A DNA stretch of 64,000 nt from the human T2T-CHM13v2.0 reference genome, Homo sapiens, in assembly GCF_009914755.1 (NCBI RefSeq), contig NC_060927.1; one strand, written 5' to 3'. Positions 1 to 23,454 of the stretch are shown here, one piece after another. The notes under the pieces were generated by a model, which was given only the letters and a program-made list of their open reading frames with translations, was not told the origin of the DNA and made no database searches. Position numbers and translations under genes: made by a program. Every line of letters starts with the position of its first letter. Positions within the stretch are counted from its first letter, which is position 1.

Positions 1-17
1 ATTTTATAGAAAGATAC

Positions 18-323
<306 letters not shown>

Positions 324-1437
324 TGATACTTTCTGAATCATAAGTAAATAGGGTAAAGGAGAGAGCCTCATAGACTTTTTCATGAAGAATATTAAGTTAC
401 TTTTGAAAGGTGAATTTCTAAAGAAGCCTTTTTATTTTTAGTTAACTTCAGATTCTCCCCAAACAAAACAACTATGGCTACAGTCATCCACGAAGACCTG
501 TAGATTGAAAGATGACAAGAAGTTTGTAAATATTAAGAGAGAATTAAAACGGACATATTTTTTCTTATATTTGAAACACTGAATACTCCAGCTAATAATA
601 CGGCTTACCATAAGAATAGCTCACTCCATCAAGTAGTAAGTTTCCCTACTCCCTTGCGTGCCTAAATCATATTCTATCTTTGTCAATTATAAAATACCAC
701 ATAATAATCTGTCAGAATATTTCCATTAAAATATGTGGTAATGTTCAAAAGTTAATTAGTTTAATAATCCAAACCATTTTCAATGAGAGATGGAGTTCCT
801 AAAATTCAGTGTATTCTGGAACTTTCTGTAAACTTTCAGAAGAAATAGGATGAAATAAGAAAGAATACATTGTCACAGTGTTTTTGTAATCAAATACATT
901 TATAAAGAACAAAAGGAACCGTAGAATTACAAATGATGGCAAAACTCAGTAAATGTAAATTTATGATTTGTACATTCTATCATTACTAATATTATTAGTA
1001 AACATCAAAAAAGCATGTAAGAATTTTTGAAATAAGAACTTACCCTCACTTCCAACAACAACAAAAAATCATGAATATCTGTGAGATGTTACAATGCTTT
1101 TCCTTTCAAATCATACTGTGTGCGAGTAAAAGCTACCCATGTGGTAGGAAGACCATAATACCTAATACCATCACTACCACCACCACACACACAAACCCCT
1201 CAAAGAAAAAACGACTGAAACTTCCCCAGAGATCCTCGAAAAATTCAAAAGTGAAGCAAAGAAAAAACGTAAAACATTATAGCAACTCAAGTACATATAT
1301 AATACCAATCCTTTTATTTAAATTATGGAATGTTTCAAACATACAATAGAGTGATTTTTTAAAATCCATGTGACTTTATCAAATCTTAGTATTTGAAACT
1401 TGTAAGCCCAAATCCTTTTTAAGAAACAATGAATTAG

Positions 1438-4750
<3,313 letters not shown>

Positions 4751-4899
4751 ATATAAAGATTTATATTTTTAAATAATTGTATTTTACCTATCCAGACAAA
4801 AAGTGTATCTTTAAACCATTCAGTAAACAAAATTTACAGTATTAATAATATCCATATCCACATGCTAATGAATATAAGAAAATAATATATATATGGTGA

Positions 4900-5239
<340 letters not shown>

Positions 5240-6006
5240 TAAATATGGAAATGAACTACTCACATACGTTATTATATCGCCCATATCCTTCTGCAGCTTG
5301 CCTTTTTTCACTCAAAGTTTTCTTTATGAGATTTATCCATGTTAATTCTTTTCAATCTAGTTTGTTCATTTCTAATTGCTGTATAATATTCTACCACAAG
5401 GATATAAGTTTAATTATCCAATCTCTTGTTGGTTAACTTTTACATTCTGCATCATCTTATGTTACTGCAAACACTACTGTGATAAATAATTTTTCCAAAT
5501 TTCTTTGTACACATGTATTTTTTGGCTCAGGTATGTGCATCTTCAACTTCATTAAAGATTATAAAATTGCACTCCACTTTACCTAGCTGAGTTTCCACTG
5601 GCCCATATCTCTGCCAGCAATTCTGTCAGACTTACATGTTCGCCAATCTGAAGATTATAGAATAGTCATTTTAACTTTCATTTTATCCATCAGTTTCTAA
5701 TTCAAGCATCTTTTCCCAAGTTTACTGACCATTCCAATTTCTTCTTCTATAAAGTAATTCTTCACATTCTATGCCCATTTTGTCTTAACTTTTCCTTTTC
5801 ATTATTAGGCTATTTTTCATATCCTGGATACTAATCATTAAGAAAAGTTTCCCTACAACAAGATCACAAAGACAGTTATGTAAATTTTCTTTTAAGTTTT
5901 TTTCAAGTTTTCCTTTTCATATTTTAGTCTTATGTCAGAAAAAAAATCTAACACTCAAATGTCAACAAAAAAACTAATTGAATAAAAATGTGGTACAGTC
6001 ACACTA

Positions 6007-9513
<3,507 letters not shown>

Positions 9514-9523
9514 GGTACAAAAT

Positions 9524-9825
9524 GGGCCAGATGCCGTGGCTCACATCTGCAATTTCCAACACTTTGGAAACACTTTGGGAGGCTGAGGCAGGTGGATCAC
9601 CTGAGCCCAAGAGCTCGATAGCAGCCTGGGCAGCATGGCGAAACCCAGTCTCTACCGAAAATACAAAAAAAAAGCCGAGTGTGGTGGCACACACCTGTGG
9701 TCCCAGCCACCCTGGAAGGTGGAAAGACAGCTTGAGCCCAGGAGGCAGCGGTTTCAGTGAGCCAAGATCACACCACTGTACTCCAGCCTCGGAGAAAGAG
9801 ACCCCACCCTGGGTCAAAAATTAAA
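9524..9825 (+). mobile_element. AluJ (diverged)
   Basis: Alu dimer immediately after the L1 B TSD. Confidence 0.85.
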
Positions 9826-10215
9826 TAAAGTGCATGATGGTGTATGCTATCTTTTATCTTTTATATTAAAATATAAAAATTTATATTAAAAATATAAAAG
9901 ATGTTATCTTTTATATTTTAGGGAGAAAATATCGTGGCACCCACCAAAGGTCTTTTTAGAGTCAACGAAGCACACAGATTCAAGAGACTACCCAAGATCA
10001 CATTTTCTGTCAGTTTGTTCAGGAACCTGAGCTTGCCAGCAAGGCTACAATTGATGCTCTTCTCCTGCTGGAGTCCTTGCAGCAGGCTGGGCAGCACAGC
10101 TCAGGTGCATTAAGAAGAGAGCCACACTGGGTAGGTATGGGAGCCACCTAGGCTTAGGAACTTCCAACCACACAAGCACCAACCTTGTAACAACTCCATA
10201 GCCATAGCTTCCAGA

Positions 10216-10229
10216 GTTTCCATAGAAAC
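10216..10229. promoter_or_regulatory. Candidate RFX X-box (GTTTCCATAGAAAC)
   Basis: Matches the X-box consensus GTHNYY-AT-RRNAAC in apparently non-repeat sequence. Confidence 0.4.
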
Positions 10230-10740
10230 CAGAGTCACTGCACTTAGGGAACCCCAAAGCTATGGCTTTCTACCAAGTATTTATCACTCTCCAGCTTAGA
10301 TGCAATTTACCAATCAGGGGCCATTTTAACCACAAGCAGTCCTGCTTCATAATACAAATAATAGGTTGGTCTTATCGGGTTCCCAGAGACACAGAGTTCC
10401 AAAGTTAACTGAAATTCAAATTCCCACACAGAAAGGGGAAGGAAAGGTTTTGTTAACCCTTTACCTATAGATAAGCAGAGATATAAAGAAAGAGAGGTAA
10501 ACACAGAGAAAGAGAAGATAGAGGCAGAAAGAGAGATTTATAGATAGAAAAATATATATTTATACAAATACATACATAAAAATATATTTTTCTCTATACA
10601 TACAGAGAGAGAAAGCAAGAGAGAGGAGAGACAGACAGAAGATGAGACATATTTACCTATATTTGCAAACAGATATCTGATTGAAACAGATAACCTAGAA
10701 AAAATCATTTATGAGAAGGTCAGGAAAATATGAACTCTGC

Positions 10741-10980
<240 letters not shown>

Positions 10981-11163
10981 TTAATTTTTTGGTCTTTAAT
11001 GACTTTGTGAATATATTTACTTTTTAAAATTCCTTGTCTTCTACAGATACATATAAGGTAATTACAAAATGATATGATGTATAGATTTTGCTTCAAAATA
11101 ATTCAGAGGAAGAAGGAATGTATATAAATGAAGTAGGAATATAAATGAAACAAAACTGGCCAT

Positions 11164-11507
<344 letters not shown>

Positions 11508-12734
11508 TTATGTTGGGCAATTATATTATTTTTCTCAACTTTTTTTTAGGTTTGAAACTTTTTATTGAACACATGCACACATCCCTTGATAACTGGGGCT
11601 GCCTCGCCATTATTCTCACAGTAACCTTTCTGATTTTCACTTCATCTTCATAGCGATTCTGAATTTTTTTTTTTTTTTGGGCAAGTTCAAGTATGTCTTT
11701 GCAAGGACTATCTGGCATGCCTATTTTATGAGAGAGGGTTTGCAGAGTACCTACTCAGCCATATTATCAGAAACAGAAATATTTTCCAGATTCTGTTCTT
11801 GTCCTGTTTAGATTTTTTAAGTTCCAAGAGCAGTCACCTTCTACCAGACACTCTGATGTCAGAAGACAAAGCATTATTTTGTAAGTGGCATGATTTCTGC
11901 GCTCAAATTTAGAACAGAGACACAGCTTTCAACAACCCAAAAATAACTTACTGTGACTCACCAAATTTAAAAAGACGGAGATGATTAAAAAAAGAAAACC
12001 TTAGTTTACTATGTGACCTCTAAGTATCTCGGCTGAAAATTTTAAAGATAGAAAGGTAAATCAAAAGATATAGAGACTGTAATCAGGAACTTAATGAAGC
12101 GTTAAATCAAAGTATTTTTGGCATATGTGAAAGAGTTTAATTTTATCACATTTTTTACTGGCACTATAGCTATTTGCAAGTACATATAAAACTACAGTGT
12201 TACATATAAACTACCAAAAAAGAACTTTTTAAGAAATGAGACTAATTTAGTAACTTTATTTAAAAGTTTATCTTAAGGGAATAACTAAGGATGTCCATAC
12301 AAAAGGATTTAGCCATAAGAATGTTCTCCCTGGCAAATCAATGGAAATTATTAAATGTGCAAAAGAGGACTGTAGGAATGAATTGCAATACCTTTAAATG
12401 ATCGTATATCATAACCTTTTAAAATGATATTGAAGAGTTGCATAAATTGACTTAAACACACATTCGTAACACATCACTGAATAGGAGAAATATGAGCCAG
12501 CAAAGAACATAGAGTTGGGTTGGTCCAATTTCTACCAAAAAAAAAAAAAAGACTAATAGCATGACAGCAGAGAAGAGGGAATATGTCAACGCGTACATGT
12601 GTATATGTATATATATGCATAGCAAGTACGAATTTGAAAGGATATATATCAAATTTTTTACAGAGATTACCTCAGAGAGGTAAATGTTTAACTTTGGCCT
12701 TTGGTGTTCTGATTCCACATATTCTGAATTTTCT

Positions 12735-13179
12735 TTTTTTATTTAAATAGAGACGGAGTCTTAGCCAGAGCAGTGGCTCACATCTGTAATCCCAGCACTT
12801 TGGGAGGCTGGGGAGGGCCGACTGCTTGAGGCCAGGAGTTCGAGACCAGTCTGGTCAACATGGCAAAACTCTGTCTCTATTAAAAATACAAAAATTAGCT
12901 AGGTGCAGTGGCTCATGCCTATAACCCCAGCTACTTGGGAGGCTGAGACATAAGAATTGCTTGAACCAGGAGGCGAAGGTTGCAGTGAGCCGAGATCATG
13001 CCACTACGCTCCAGCCTAGGCAACAGACCAAGACTCTGTCTCAAAAAAAAAAAAAAGAGAGGGAGAGATGGGGTCTTATCATGTTGTCCAGGCAGGCCTT
13101 GAACTCTTAGGTTCATGCAATCCTCTAGCCACAGCCTCCCAAGCAACAGGGGCTACAGGTGCATACCACTGTGCCCAGC
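12735..13179. mobile_element. AluSx (+, ~12762-13055) nested in a minus-strand FLAM/AluJ monomer
   Basis: The minus monomer resumes at ~13066 after the A-tail. Confidence 0.75.
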
Positions 13180-13659
13180 TTGAATTCTCTATACTACTCA
13201 TATGAATCCTAAAATTTGTCACTATACAGTCTGATAACAATTAAAGTAAATTAGCATTGACTACTTTAAGTTTTTAGGTATTGTAATTATAGAAAATTGT
13301 AATGAGCTCATCCAATATATTTCTCCCCAATAAACAGCAGGAAACATCCATGAACTCTCAGACTTTTCCAGCCTTGAAAATGAAATATTTGCAGGAAACA
13401 TTAACAGCTTGGAAGTACCAGAAAAATGACTACAAAGTAAACTAGAAAAATAAAAGAGTTTGGAGTACAAGGATTAGTAAATAAACTCATACCTAACCTA
13501 CAAGATTTTTTCTTCTACTTGATCAGGTCTTCCAGAAGCTTCTTGGTCAGTCATTCAAGCATCTGAATTATAAAAAGGTAATCAATTCCCTACATCTAGC
13601 AGTGATTCAAGAATCACATATAAAGTACCATCTGCCAATAGTTCAAAAAGTTTCCTATT

Positions 13660-14167
<508 letters not shown>

Positions 14168-15269
14168 TCATGATGCAAATGGCTACTCATCCAAATAGCT
14201 GCTGAATAATAACCATCTAAGGACACTGACACCCAAGTAGCTAATGCAGATGACAATGTGAACTGAACAAGTTCCTTCAATACATAAACATCCACTCAAG
14301 AAAATGTCTATGATTCAGAAGAGAATAGACTCTACCACCTTGTTAGTTTAAGATGAAAACCTGGCTACAGTTACAAATTTCAAATGGAGAATCAGAGATT
14401 AATTACAAACTACAAATAACTATGAAAACATGAAGTATACTGATAATTAAATAATGTTAAACTCTAGGTTTTATTATAAGAAAAATACAGCATGTGGCTT
14501 AAACGACTGCTGGATAAATTACAAATAAATGGTACCCACATAATCTACCTTTCCAAAGAACAATCAAGCAACATTAAGGCAGCACCTTACAAATGTGTAT
14601 AACACTTGAGTAATCTATTAGAGGTGAACACAAAGATGTATGTAACAGGGTGTTCATCATATCATGATGAGTAGCAACCAAAAAACAGGAGCCAAACAGT
14701 TCAATAGTGGAGGAAGAGTTAAATTATTGGTGCATCACAAAATAAATCATATAACAAGTTTCTTTTAATATCCCTGAGGAACATTTAATGACATAGTAAA
14801 ATACTCATGAAAACAGCAAGAAAAATCAACACAATTTTATTTTAACTTGGTAAATGTGTGCATAAAATGCATAGACGCAGACAGAAAACTAGAAAGAGAT
14901 AAACCAACATGTTAACAAAAATTATGTCTGGGTAGTGAGATTCCAGCTAATTTTGTTTTCTTCTTTAGAGTCTTCTAAGTTTTCTGTAGCAAACAGTAAT
15001 TTCTTTTATTTAAAAGGAAGGGAATGGAACTCTTTTGGAGACTGGGTTTCCATTGTAAAAGACCATAATATATGAGCATCAATCCCGCCAAAAAACAACA
15101 CGTAGAATTCCTTCTCCCTGTTCAACAGGAAGCAATTTTGTATTTGCTCCTGGGTCTCTTCCTCTTCCACTCATTCTAACCTATCAACAATAAGGCTGGT
15201 AAATCTGCACCTCAAACACACATGTATAGACAGGTATAGACGACACTCACTTTTCTTTAAGTAACAATA

Positions 15270-15730
15270 AGACAATGATCATTGCACTAAAACCCCTTAG
15301 GAAGGCCAATATCATGACCCTACCTGAGCTGGGTCTTCTTCCAACTGCCCAGGTTCTTCCATGTCCCTTCCTCCCTGCTGGCTGTGCTCCAACTCTGATG
15401 ACCTTCTTTCTCTTCCCACATCTCCCTAAGATCTCTCACACTTCAGGAAGGCTGAACCACAAAGTTCTTCCCCTAGATCTTCACATTCCAAGCTCTTTCT
15501 TATCATCCAAGGCCAGAATGCACCTTCTCAGAGAGGCCTTCCCTGACTGTTCTCCAACCTAACCTAGGCTAATAATGTGTGGCTCCACTCCACCTGCACA
15601 CTGCCCCTAACAGTCACTCTATCACATACCCTGTTCTATGTTCTTCAGGACACTAAAACTATCCCAAATTACTGCGTTTTGTTTATTATCAGCCCCTCCT
15701 GTTAGGGCATAAGCACTTATATCTAGCACT
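15270..15730 (+). mobile_element. L2 fragment
   Basis: Pyrimidine-rich; caccttctcagagaggccttccctgac motif. Confidence 0.6.
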
Positions 15731-15826
15731 TATACACTCCAAGAACTCGACAAAATTACTCAACACACTGTCTCATCTGTGAAAGATTCAGAGTTGAAAA
15801 TCATTTGGCCCAAAGTAAACATTCAG

Positions 15827-16124
15827 GGCCAGGAATGGTGGCTCACACCTGTAATCCCAGCACCTTGGGAGGCTGCGACGGGGGATCACCTGAATCCAGG
15901 AGTTCAAGACCAGCCTGGGCAACATAGCAAGACCCCATCTCTACAAAAAAATACAAAAATTAGCCAGACATGGCGGTGCACGCCAGTAGTCCCAGCTACT
16001 CAGGAGGCTGAGGTGGTCACCTGAGCCCAGAAGGCCAAGGCTACAATGAGCCAAGATCACACCACTGCACTCCAGTCTGGGCAACCAGAGTGAGATCCTG
16101 TCTCCAAAAAAAAAAAAAAAAAAA
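15827..16124 (+). mobile_element. AluJ
   Basis: Dimer with A-tail. Confidence 0.85.
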
Positions 16125-16229
16125 GCAAATGTTCAATAAATTGTAAATTTTTTAATTGTTAATCTTTTTATTAAAATAGAATCTTGAACTCTAAATAGAA
16201 ATTCATTGTACATTATTGAGGTGTCACAG

Positions 16230-17260
16230 ATACATTTAAAAAACTAGAAGACAAGAGAGAGAAGATGCACTTCTCTCTATTCCTACTACTAAGTACAGCC
16301 AAAAACCCTGGACAATATATATAAAACAAATATAAGATGACAGATACATGGAAAGAAGGCAGAAGACCAGCTAGGGGCCTTGAAACCTGAGGATCAACAC
16401 AGCAATGCATTCACTGAGTTGTCTTTTTGCCTCTTATATCCCAGATTGGGTGCTGAAAAATCCAAGGGTCTAGAAGCACCAACAGGTATACATACACAAA
16501 TACACAAGAAAAAACAGCTCTCTCAAACCAAAGGACCAAGAGAGGGGCAGCCTGGCAAGACAGAAAATTTTTAGAAAATAGCTACTCTACTTCAGCCAAG
16601 CACCATGGAAAAACCACACCCCAACCCCACCAGCAAAGAGCAAGTAGGGAGCCTAGACTTCCAACCTCATGTGACCATGGCAAGGTGCCCCAGCATTATC
16701 CCCTGCCAGAGTGGAGTCACAAAAGACCAAGCAGAGAGCTGGGGCTTTCATCCCAACCCAACGACAGAAAGTCCTCCACCATGCTGTACAATGTTTCCCC
16801 AGTGATGAGGCATCCATTCCACTCCACCAGCATCAGTGGAGGCAATGATGAGGATCCCTTCCCCTCAGCAGCCGGGGTAGCATCAGAGGAGTCCTGGTGG
16901 AAAGCCTGACCTCGCACTCTCACCCAGCAGTAATGAGGAGCTCTTCTACCTCCTGAGGTGGCAAAAGCAGTCCACTGGGGATCTGTGCTTCCATCCCAAC
17001 CCAGCAACATCAATGCAGCACCCTTCTTCCCCCTGCCAATTCAGTGTCAGAGGGGACTCTAAAATAGAAGATTCAAATAACATCCACCACCACCCAAAAT
17101 GTTTTATGTGTATAGACTTTCAGTTTTGCAGGATAAAAAGGTTCTGGAGATCTGTCTCACAACAATGTGAACATATTTAACACTACTGAACTGTACACTT
17201 CAAAATGGTTAAAATTATAAGTTCTATGTTATGTGTTATCTACCACAATAAAAACTTTTT
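16230..17260 (+). mobile_element. Ancient L1M 5' region plus an L1MB-type 3' end
   Basis: Resembles L1MC/MD 5' sequence. 17110-17255 reads as an L1MA9/MB 3' terminus. Confidence 0.5.
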
Positions 17261-17930
17261 TAATGTACCAATACTAATCAAAAGTAAAAGACTGTTTATC
17301 ACGCCATACAATTGCTCATTTCCTTAAGACATGTGGAATAGTAGTTATATATGATAAATAATTAAAATTATATTAACATAACAACCTATTTTACTGCTTT
17401 TGTGAAATACTATATTTGAAACTTAATCAATCCATGCCTGTGCTGAAGGTAAAACACACACACACACAAATTCTTCTAAAACTCTCAGCCTCTCTAACCA
17501 CGGATTACCTGGTAAAATTATTCAAGTATTACTTTTTCTAATATAACAATAAGAACATTTAATGAGTGAAAATTTAATAGCAAAAACTAGACACATAGAT
17601 TTGTTAGAAAAAAATACTGTCTCTGAGGCACAAATTTCTTAGCAGAATCTAAATCAGAATAATTAAAGACAAGAAGTGGTTTACCTCTATTTGGACTTCC
17701 AAAGATTAAGTTTACTATGCAAATCTGAGAGTTATTCATAATAGTTACTGACATTTTAAGTTTCATTATAAAAACCAAAATTTAATGTGTTTCATTTAAA
17801 GCAGAAGAAGCATGGTAAACAGTGTATTTAAGTGGTTCCATTCCACACTTCTAAGCAGTGTTACCTTCATCATGTTTTGCAAAACTCTGAATTGAAAGGT
17901 ACACCTCTCTACCTCTTATAGAAAAAAAGA

Positions 17931-18250
<320 letters not shown>

Positions 18251-18409
18251 CTACTTTCCCCTCATGAGAATTCACAATCACAATACACATTAGCATATTA
18301 AAAACTGGGAAAAATTGTACAACTGAAAATATTTCTAAGTTTGAATCATTGCTTTCCAAATTTATATATAGCCAGGCCTACTTTATTTTTTACCTGTTAA
18401 CACATCATC

Positions 18410-18610
18410 AAACACTAATATTCTCAAGCAAAGCTTCTCAAAGCATAAAGTTCAAACAAATCACCTAGAGATCTCACTAAAATGTAGATTCTGATTCAGA
18501 AGGTCTGCATGGGGCCTAAAAGTCTGCATTTCCAACAAGCTTCTAGGTGATGTCAATGCTGCTGGTCCAGGGATCACTCTTTAACAAGGGACTAGAGAAG
18601 ACACTTTGAG
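18410..18610. mobile_element. MER5A/B (hAT-Charlie) remnant
   Basis: aatcacctagag...gattctgattcag...ctgcatttccaacaagcttctaggtgatg. Confidence 0.7.
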
Positions 18611-19167
18611 AAAGGCTACTAGAGAGCCCTGTTTATCACTATACAGTTCTGTGATACGAATTTAGTACTTACAAACTCTACTGTATATATAATAAAGGCA
18701 TATAAAGGACTAGAAGAGGATAGGTTAAAAACAGAATGGGGGCTCTATAATTTCAACTGGCAGAGTATTACAAGGAAAGGAATAAAAATAGGTCAGAGCA
18801 AGCAGAAAAATATAAAGGGACTCCTCCCCCTAAAAAAGGCAAAGGCCATGGGAGAAAGAGATGGAAGCTGGAGTTGGTGAGGCATAAGAAATGCCAGCAT
18901 ATAGGAAGGACTGAGACATTTTCAGTTTAACATTACTGAAATGGGACAAGTAGGCAGAAGCCATTTAAAGAATTTCTATTTTAATCACTAAAAGGCTCTT
19001 GGAACATGTTCAGATGAACATTCTGTGGTACAAAGGTTTGGCAAAGTTCAAAAAGGCCTCTTGGGATAAAAAATGAATTCTACAAACATGACATTACTTG
19101 TGGAACCACTAAAATGCAGAAGAAAACAATTTTTAATGTAGAGTAACAGGTAAAATCTAAGTCAAAC

Positions 19168-19350
19168 CTTTTCTTGGATTAGTCTTTGAAGATGAATCCC
19201 ACAGGACAACATGGCAGCGAATAAGGTCAACATGTACTGCTGAACTTTGCAGATGGCAGAGGCCAGGGAGTTTATTACTGAGTTCAGTCCCACCTTTTCA
19301 ATAACATTCTGGAAGGCAGTAGGAGAATGGCGAGTGATTCTACACAAGGC
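19168..19350 (-). CDS. ULK4: ULK4 internal coding exon (probably exon 21; ALCRITRHSPTAFQNVIEKVGLNSVINSLASAICKVQQYMLTLFAAMLSCGIHLQRLIQEK, 183 nt)
   Basis: Acceptor ttctcttgtctttgtag and donor GTTTGA. Matches ORF track 19162..19347 and the recalled ULK4 HEAT/ARM region. Confidence 0.96.
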
Positions 19351-19699
19351 CTACAAAGACAAGAGAACAGACCTGTCAGGCAACTCCAAGTGCATCAATC
19401 ATTCCCCTGAAAGGTAACACATGCTTCTGTGTCAAGGAGTAGAAGGTGCTTACTTGGCTCTTTTATTACTTATTTTGGCACAAGAAAGTTGGCAATTTTC
19501 AACAAACTTAAAAATAAAACAATCTGCCTGCCAATAAAAGCTAAGGTTGTTTTAAAACACTAGAGACTATTGTAGTAATAACCATTAAATTGATAAATTC
19601 ATAAGCCTATATAGAAAAATGTCCCTTTAATTAATAAAACACATTATCAAACACCTGCAGACAATGAACTAAGTGCTGAAAAACAGTTGTAAAAGTGAA

Positions 19700-19920
19700 T
19701 ATCTAACATTTATCATTTATAATGTGAGAAACACTATCTGTAAATATCTGAAGATTACCTCAATTAATTCTTCTAACAACTATGAGAAAGGTAGTATTAT
19801 TATCCTCATTTTATAGATGATAAAACTAAAGCATACAGTAGTTAAGTAACTTGCCCAAAGGCATATAGCTAGTAAGTAGCAAAGCAGGAAATTAAACCGA
19901 TATAATCAGACCCTAGACCG
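19700..19920 (-). mobile_element. MIR
   Basis: Core cctcattttatagatgataaaactaaagc...gttaagtaacttgcccaaag. Confidence 0.75.
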
Positions 19921-20682
19921 TTCCTAAATTGCTCTCAGACTATTAGACATGAAACTTAAAATCAGCTAATAGAATGTATTAAGTGTTGGAATAGAAGTGG
20001 GCTCAATTAATCGTGCTTGGAAAGGAAGAAAAAGTCAACAAAAGGTACATAAAGAAGATGACGCTGAGCCAGTTTTTGAAGGGTAGATGGGAAATAGGTG
20101 AAAAAGTGAGTTAAGAAAAGATTCAAACTTGAGAGAATAGAACAAGTATTCACATGGAGACATAAAGACGTAAGCTGTCTGATGCAATTAGAACATTTAT
20201 CAGGTGTAGAAAAAGAAGTACACAGTAGGAAAGAAGAAAACCTTATGATCTATCTAGAAAAGCAAGCTGGAGCCAGAGTTGGTCAACAAAGCTAGGAACT
20301 TAAAATTTTATGCCATAAGGAAAGGGAAGGCCTTGAAAGTTTTTAAGGAAAGGAAAGACATGATGATATTCTGTGTGTACGAGTGACTCCAAAGAGAGAA
20401 ATAAGCTTAAGCTATGAATAGTTTTATAAAAATACTCATTATAATATCATATAAGCTCCTTCTCCCTGATTTATATTTTAAACAGATTTATAACCTTAAT
20501 AACAAAAAGATCAAATATAAAACAAACTGTTAGAAATAATGATGTTAAGAGGAGGGACAGGAGAGAGGGATATATAAAAAACATAAAAAGACTTTGAAAA
20601 ATATTTCCATTTTCTTAAACATCTTAGAAAAAAATTAAAAACCTTTTTCTCTCCAAGAATAATCTTCCTTTAAATGTTATTC

Positions 20683-20936
20683 AGTAGAGACGGGGTTTCA
20701 CCGTGTTAGCCAGGATGGTCTCGATCTCCTGACCTCGTGATCTGCCTGCCTTGGCCTCCCAAAGTGCTGGGATTACAGACATGAGCCACCGCATCTGGCC
20801 TATTTGTGTTACTTTTAGTAGAGACAGGGTTTCACCATGTTGGCCAGGTTGGTCTCGAACTCCTGACCTCAGATGATCTGCCCACCTCGGCTTCCCAAAG
20901 TGCTGGGATTACAGGTATGTGCCACTGCACCCAGCC
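20683..20936 (-). mobile_element. Two tandem Alu left arms (Y/Sc-type, then Sx-type)
   Basis: Each runs tagagac...ggcc; both right arms are missing. Confidence 0.8.
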
Positions 20937-22399
20937 TCAATCTTTATGAAAATGCTAAGATGACTTTATTATAGCCAGAAAGGAAAAGGTAAATATAACT
21001 CACATCAAGGAAAATCTAGGACTTTTTCCAGATGCTTCCTCTTGAGGGCAGGACTGAGAGATGGGAGGTAGGAATGGGGCCACGAAGAACCTTCGATCTT
21101 CCACGTTTATACCATTCAAATTTTTCCAGTAAATGCATATTATTTTATAGTAATATTTAAAGTTACACTCCAATGCCAATGACTATATTAGATACTTTTT
21201 TACTTGTATTGAAATAAACATTTATGGGAGATTTTTAAATTAATACTCTATACATTTACTGCCATTTCTGAAATAAACAAGTAAATATATGCACTGAAAA
21301 AATGAGCATTTGTAGAGCACCAACTATATACCTCTCCCTAAAAACAAGTCCCTTTCCTTGTGGAACTATCATATGAAACACCTATAAAATTCTACAAACA
21401 CCTACAGAATTAATAATCACTGACTCCATTTCAAACATATACCAGGGATTTTTATTCATTTGGAGATATCCATATCAGAATGAAATCCCATCAAATAATT
21501 AAACTCTACTTTGGGCATTTTTCAAATAACTTTTCAGTGTGTCCTCTTTCAAAAAAGCTACAGATGGGTAAATCAGATACCATGGTTTAGGAAATATGAA
21601 ACTAGGGTTCTTCAAATCTAAATTCCAAATTGCATGAGTTTTGGTAGAAAAGTATCAATAGTAGTAATATCTGAAAAGAGGAATATTAAAAATGAATTCA
21701 CTTTATTTTTTTCTCTATGTCCATGTAACAACAGAAAAATGAATTCACTTCTAAAAATCTGGTTATGATTTTAAAATTTTGAGAGGTAGGGGTGTGTGTG
21801 TGTATAGAAAGTAATCTTTAAAAAATAAAAATTGTGAAAGTTTTAAAAATGAGTCTAAAATTGCTGTTTATGAAATCAAACAGTATTGTTTAATTATTTT
21901 CCTAATCCAAGTATTTTTTTTAAAAAAAAGATCATTTGAAGTGATGTCCTTAAAGATCAGAATTTTTCTAGCAAATTAGGATTCAATGACTTCAACACAG
22001 CACAACAGTAAGTCTCATTAGCACTATAACAATTCTTGGAGGACCTGGCACTGCAAAACCAACTTCCCATTGTTATAAAATCCCTATCCAGTTATGATGG
22101 GGAAATTTCTTAATAAAAGATTTTCCCAGACTACTTCTGGGCAACTGGAATGGATCTTCTTCAGAATGCTGTGCAAAAGCCTAACAGACTTTCCATTTTG
22201 AAAAGCTCAGGCAGAAAATACTCTTTAATTCACTTCTAAATATCAAACTCACTTGAAAGCTTCTGAGCAACTGAGAAGATGCACAGAGCCTTAACAGCAC
22301 ACTAGTACTTGTATTTTCTGAATCAAAAGAAAAGAAATCAAATCAAATCTGATCTTCAGTGATGTGGTTTTTAAACATTTACTTATTAAAATAGAGTAT

Positions 22400-22705
<306 letters not shown>

Positions 22706-23454
22706 TAGAGTCTGAGATTATATTTTAAAACTGGAAAAAACTGTTCCAGTTCAAAATTCACTTCAAAATTTACTTCGAAAAGAACATTTAGTGTTACCTC
22801 CAGAATTTGAATTTTCTTACAGTCTGTTCAATAAAAGCAGTTTCCAAGAAACAGACTCACTCAAAATTGAAGGCTGCATATCTGTTAGAAACATATGAGC
22901 AGAATCACCAAGGAAGAAAAGGTTTAAGAACCATTTCTTTTTGGTATTTCAAATGATTTTTTGATGTCATATGAAATTACCCTGGGAGGTTTTTCAAACT
23001 ACACACACTCTTATCTGACCCCTGAGAGATCTTAAGATATATCAGAATAGGGGCAGGGGGTGGACAGAGAAGAGGAAGTAGTTAATGTTGCTTGAAAAGC
23101 TCCCCTCCAACCCTAGTGAGAACCACTATCCTGCATACTTCTTCACTTTTTGACACCTTTTCATCTCAGCACTTCAGTAATTATGATTACTTCAGCTACC
23201 TCTCTCATAGGAGCCACTTTACTCAATCTAACTCTACAGGTTTCTCTGGTTCTCACTATGGTCCCTATAGAGATTTTCCCTATAATCCCAATAAGTCTAA
23301 GAATCACTTTTATCTATTCAACACATTCCCCAAGTCAGGTCCACTCCTTCCAACTACCAATACCTACCAATGCTGCCACTCCTGAGTGGAAAGGACAAGT
23401 TAGTTATATTTTACTCTAAGCCACACTGGTGTATTTTAAGAGCTGCAAGGACTA

